64,000 nucleotides of DNA from Chiloscyllium plagiosum. Lineage: Eukaryota. Below are positions 62,721 to 64,000 of the stretch, one piece after another; the stretch's first letter is position 1, and the number at the start of each line of letters is the position of its first letter. Made by a program: the position numbers and the translations under genes. Location: assembly GCF_004010195.1 (NCBI RefSeq), contig NC_057718.1:59755622-59819621 (forward strand), written 5' to 3'. The notes below the pieces were generated by a model. It was given only the letters and a program-made list of their open reading frames with translations, was not told the origin of the DNA and ran no database searches.

Positions 62721-64000
62721 AGTATGAGTTATTAGAGCAAAAGAAGCATCTGGAGATGCAGTCTTGTCAGTCCACAAGGAATGTGTGATCTGAGCGCAAA
62801 GTGTCTTGTTGCAGCACTACAAAGATAGTTGCTGGTGCAGCATTGAAGTGCAGCTTTGTCACATACTTGGTTCAGAGATGAGGGTTCTTCGAGGTTGGCA
62901 CATGTCAGATGCCAATTTCCACAGATACAGGCAATGTGCCTGAGATGTTGGTCCCCAGTCTCCAACACGGAGGTCACTCAGAGCAAGCAGTGAGCTGAAT
63001 CCACCAGCTGCTCACTCTGGATTCCCTGTCAAGTTTTCCTTGCCTCAAATTTGTTTGGCAAGTTTGGTTAGATAGGAGTTTGAATATTAATGAGGCAATT
63101 AGGACTGTGAACAAGCAATGATGGCTGTCAATCAGCAACTCACTACTGCATTGTGAGAATCTTGACATTCTACTTGTAAAAAGCATAAACGATTTGCTCC
63201 TGATGTCAAGATGGAACTGTCCACATGGTTCTACCAGACATCTTGCCATAGCCCAGACCACTCAGATCCCTGTAAGATGCCTATAAAACAGATTTTCATT
63301 ACCAAGGTGAGTTCATTGAGTTAGGAAATTCCCTGACTCAGCTAAAGATCTTTGGTATAACCTACCCATTTAATGCATTTTTCTTCTCAAGGAGGGGAGT
63401 GGTAGATGGAATACAGTTGGGCCTCCTGATTCCAGACAGATCATGAAGGACATGAAGGCAAACCCCAATGCAGGAGAGGGTCAATCGCCCTCAGGATCAG
63501 GGTAAAGAGTCTAAAGGGGGGATTTGCAGTGGGTGGAGTCATTGGAAAATATTCACGTGAGAGGAGACTGACAATGTTGGCTAACTGATGACAAATACTG
63601 CATTAGTGATCCTTTAAAGGAAACAAGAGAATTTAATGATGCCAACTGAATGCATGTAAGCAATGTCCACATAGCACTCACTAACCGTTGACAGAGCCAT
63701 TTAAGATTGAGCTATACACTTGTGAATCTGGTACTCTGCAGTACGTTGTAACAGCATCTTGCCTCAGGGCTGTCCTTTGGACCCAGCAAGTAGATCCTTA
63801 GCTGTGCCATGTAATCTTTCAGCTGTGATATCTGCCTGTGGGCATTTTGAACATGCTCTGCCCATAACCCTTACAGCTATACACTGTCACCGCAGATAGA
63901 TGTGACTCAGAGGGTGTGAGAAAGCTCAGCATTTTCCTCAAACTGGCCAAGCCATGATACCTGCAATTAATTATGTATTCATATGGTACCTCACAGCAAC

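Overview
AT-rich, repeat-dense vertebrate DNA, most likely from a shark. This is inferred from HE1-type V-SINEs, SacSINE1/DeuSINE-like SINEs and CR1/HER1-type LINEs. I recognised no intact host protein-coding exon; the ORF-track entries I could identify are transposon debris or inverted-repeat artefacts. Contents: many CR1-type LINE fragments, three decayed Ty3/Gypsy elements plus a solo LTR, several PIF/Harbinger relics (HARBI1-like DDE transposase and intron-containing Myb/SANT partner genes), tRNA-derived SINEs, a 30-bp minisatellite and a 197-N assembly gap. The most striking structure is a set of about 11 Penelope-like (PLE) terminal insertions from at least 4 sequence families. Most are fold-back palindromes with one arm carrying an extra tail, flanked by about 10-15 bp target-site duplications (TSDs). 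They are built around minimal hammerhead ribozyme motifs (CUGANGA-stem II-GAAA-NNUH), with a perfect core at 45877-45911. One about 4-kb version (15895-19967) has about 1.1-kb GIY-YIG-encoding inverted arms around LINE cargo. Boundaries of old elements are approximate, and family names are by recognition, not database search.
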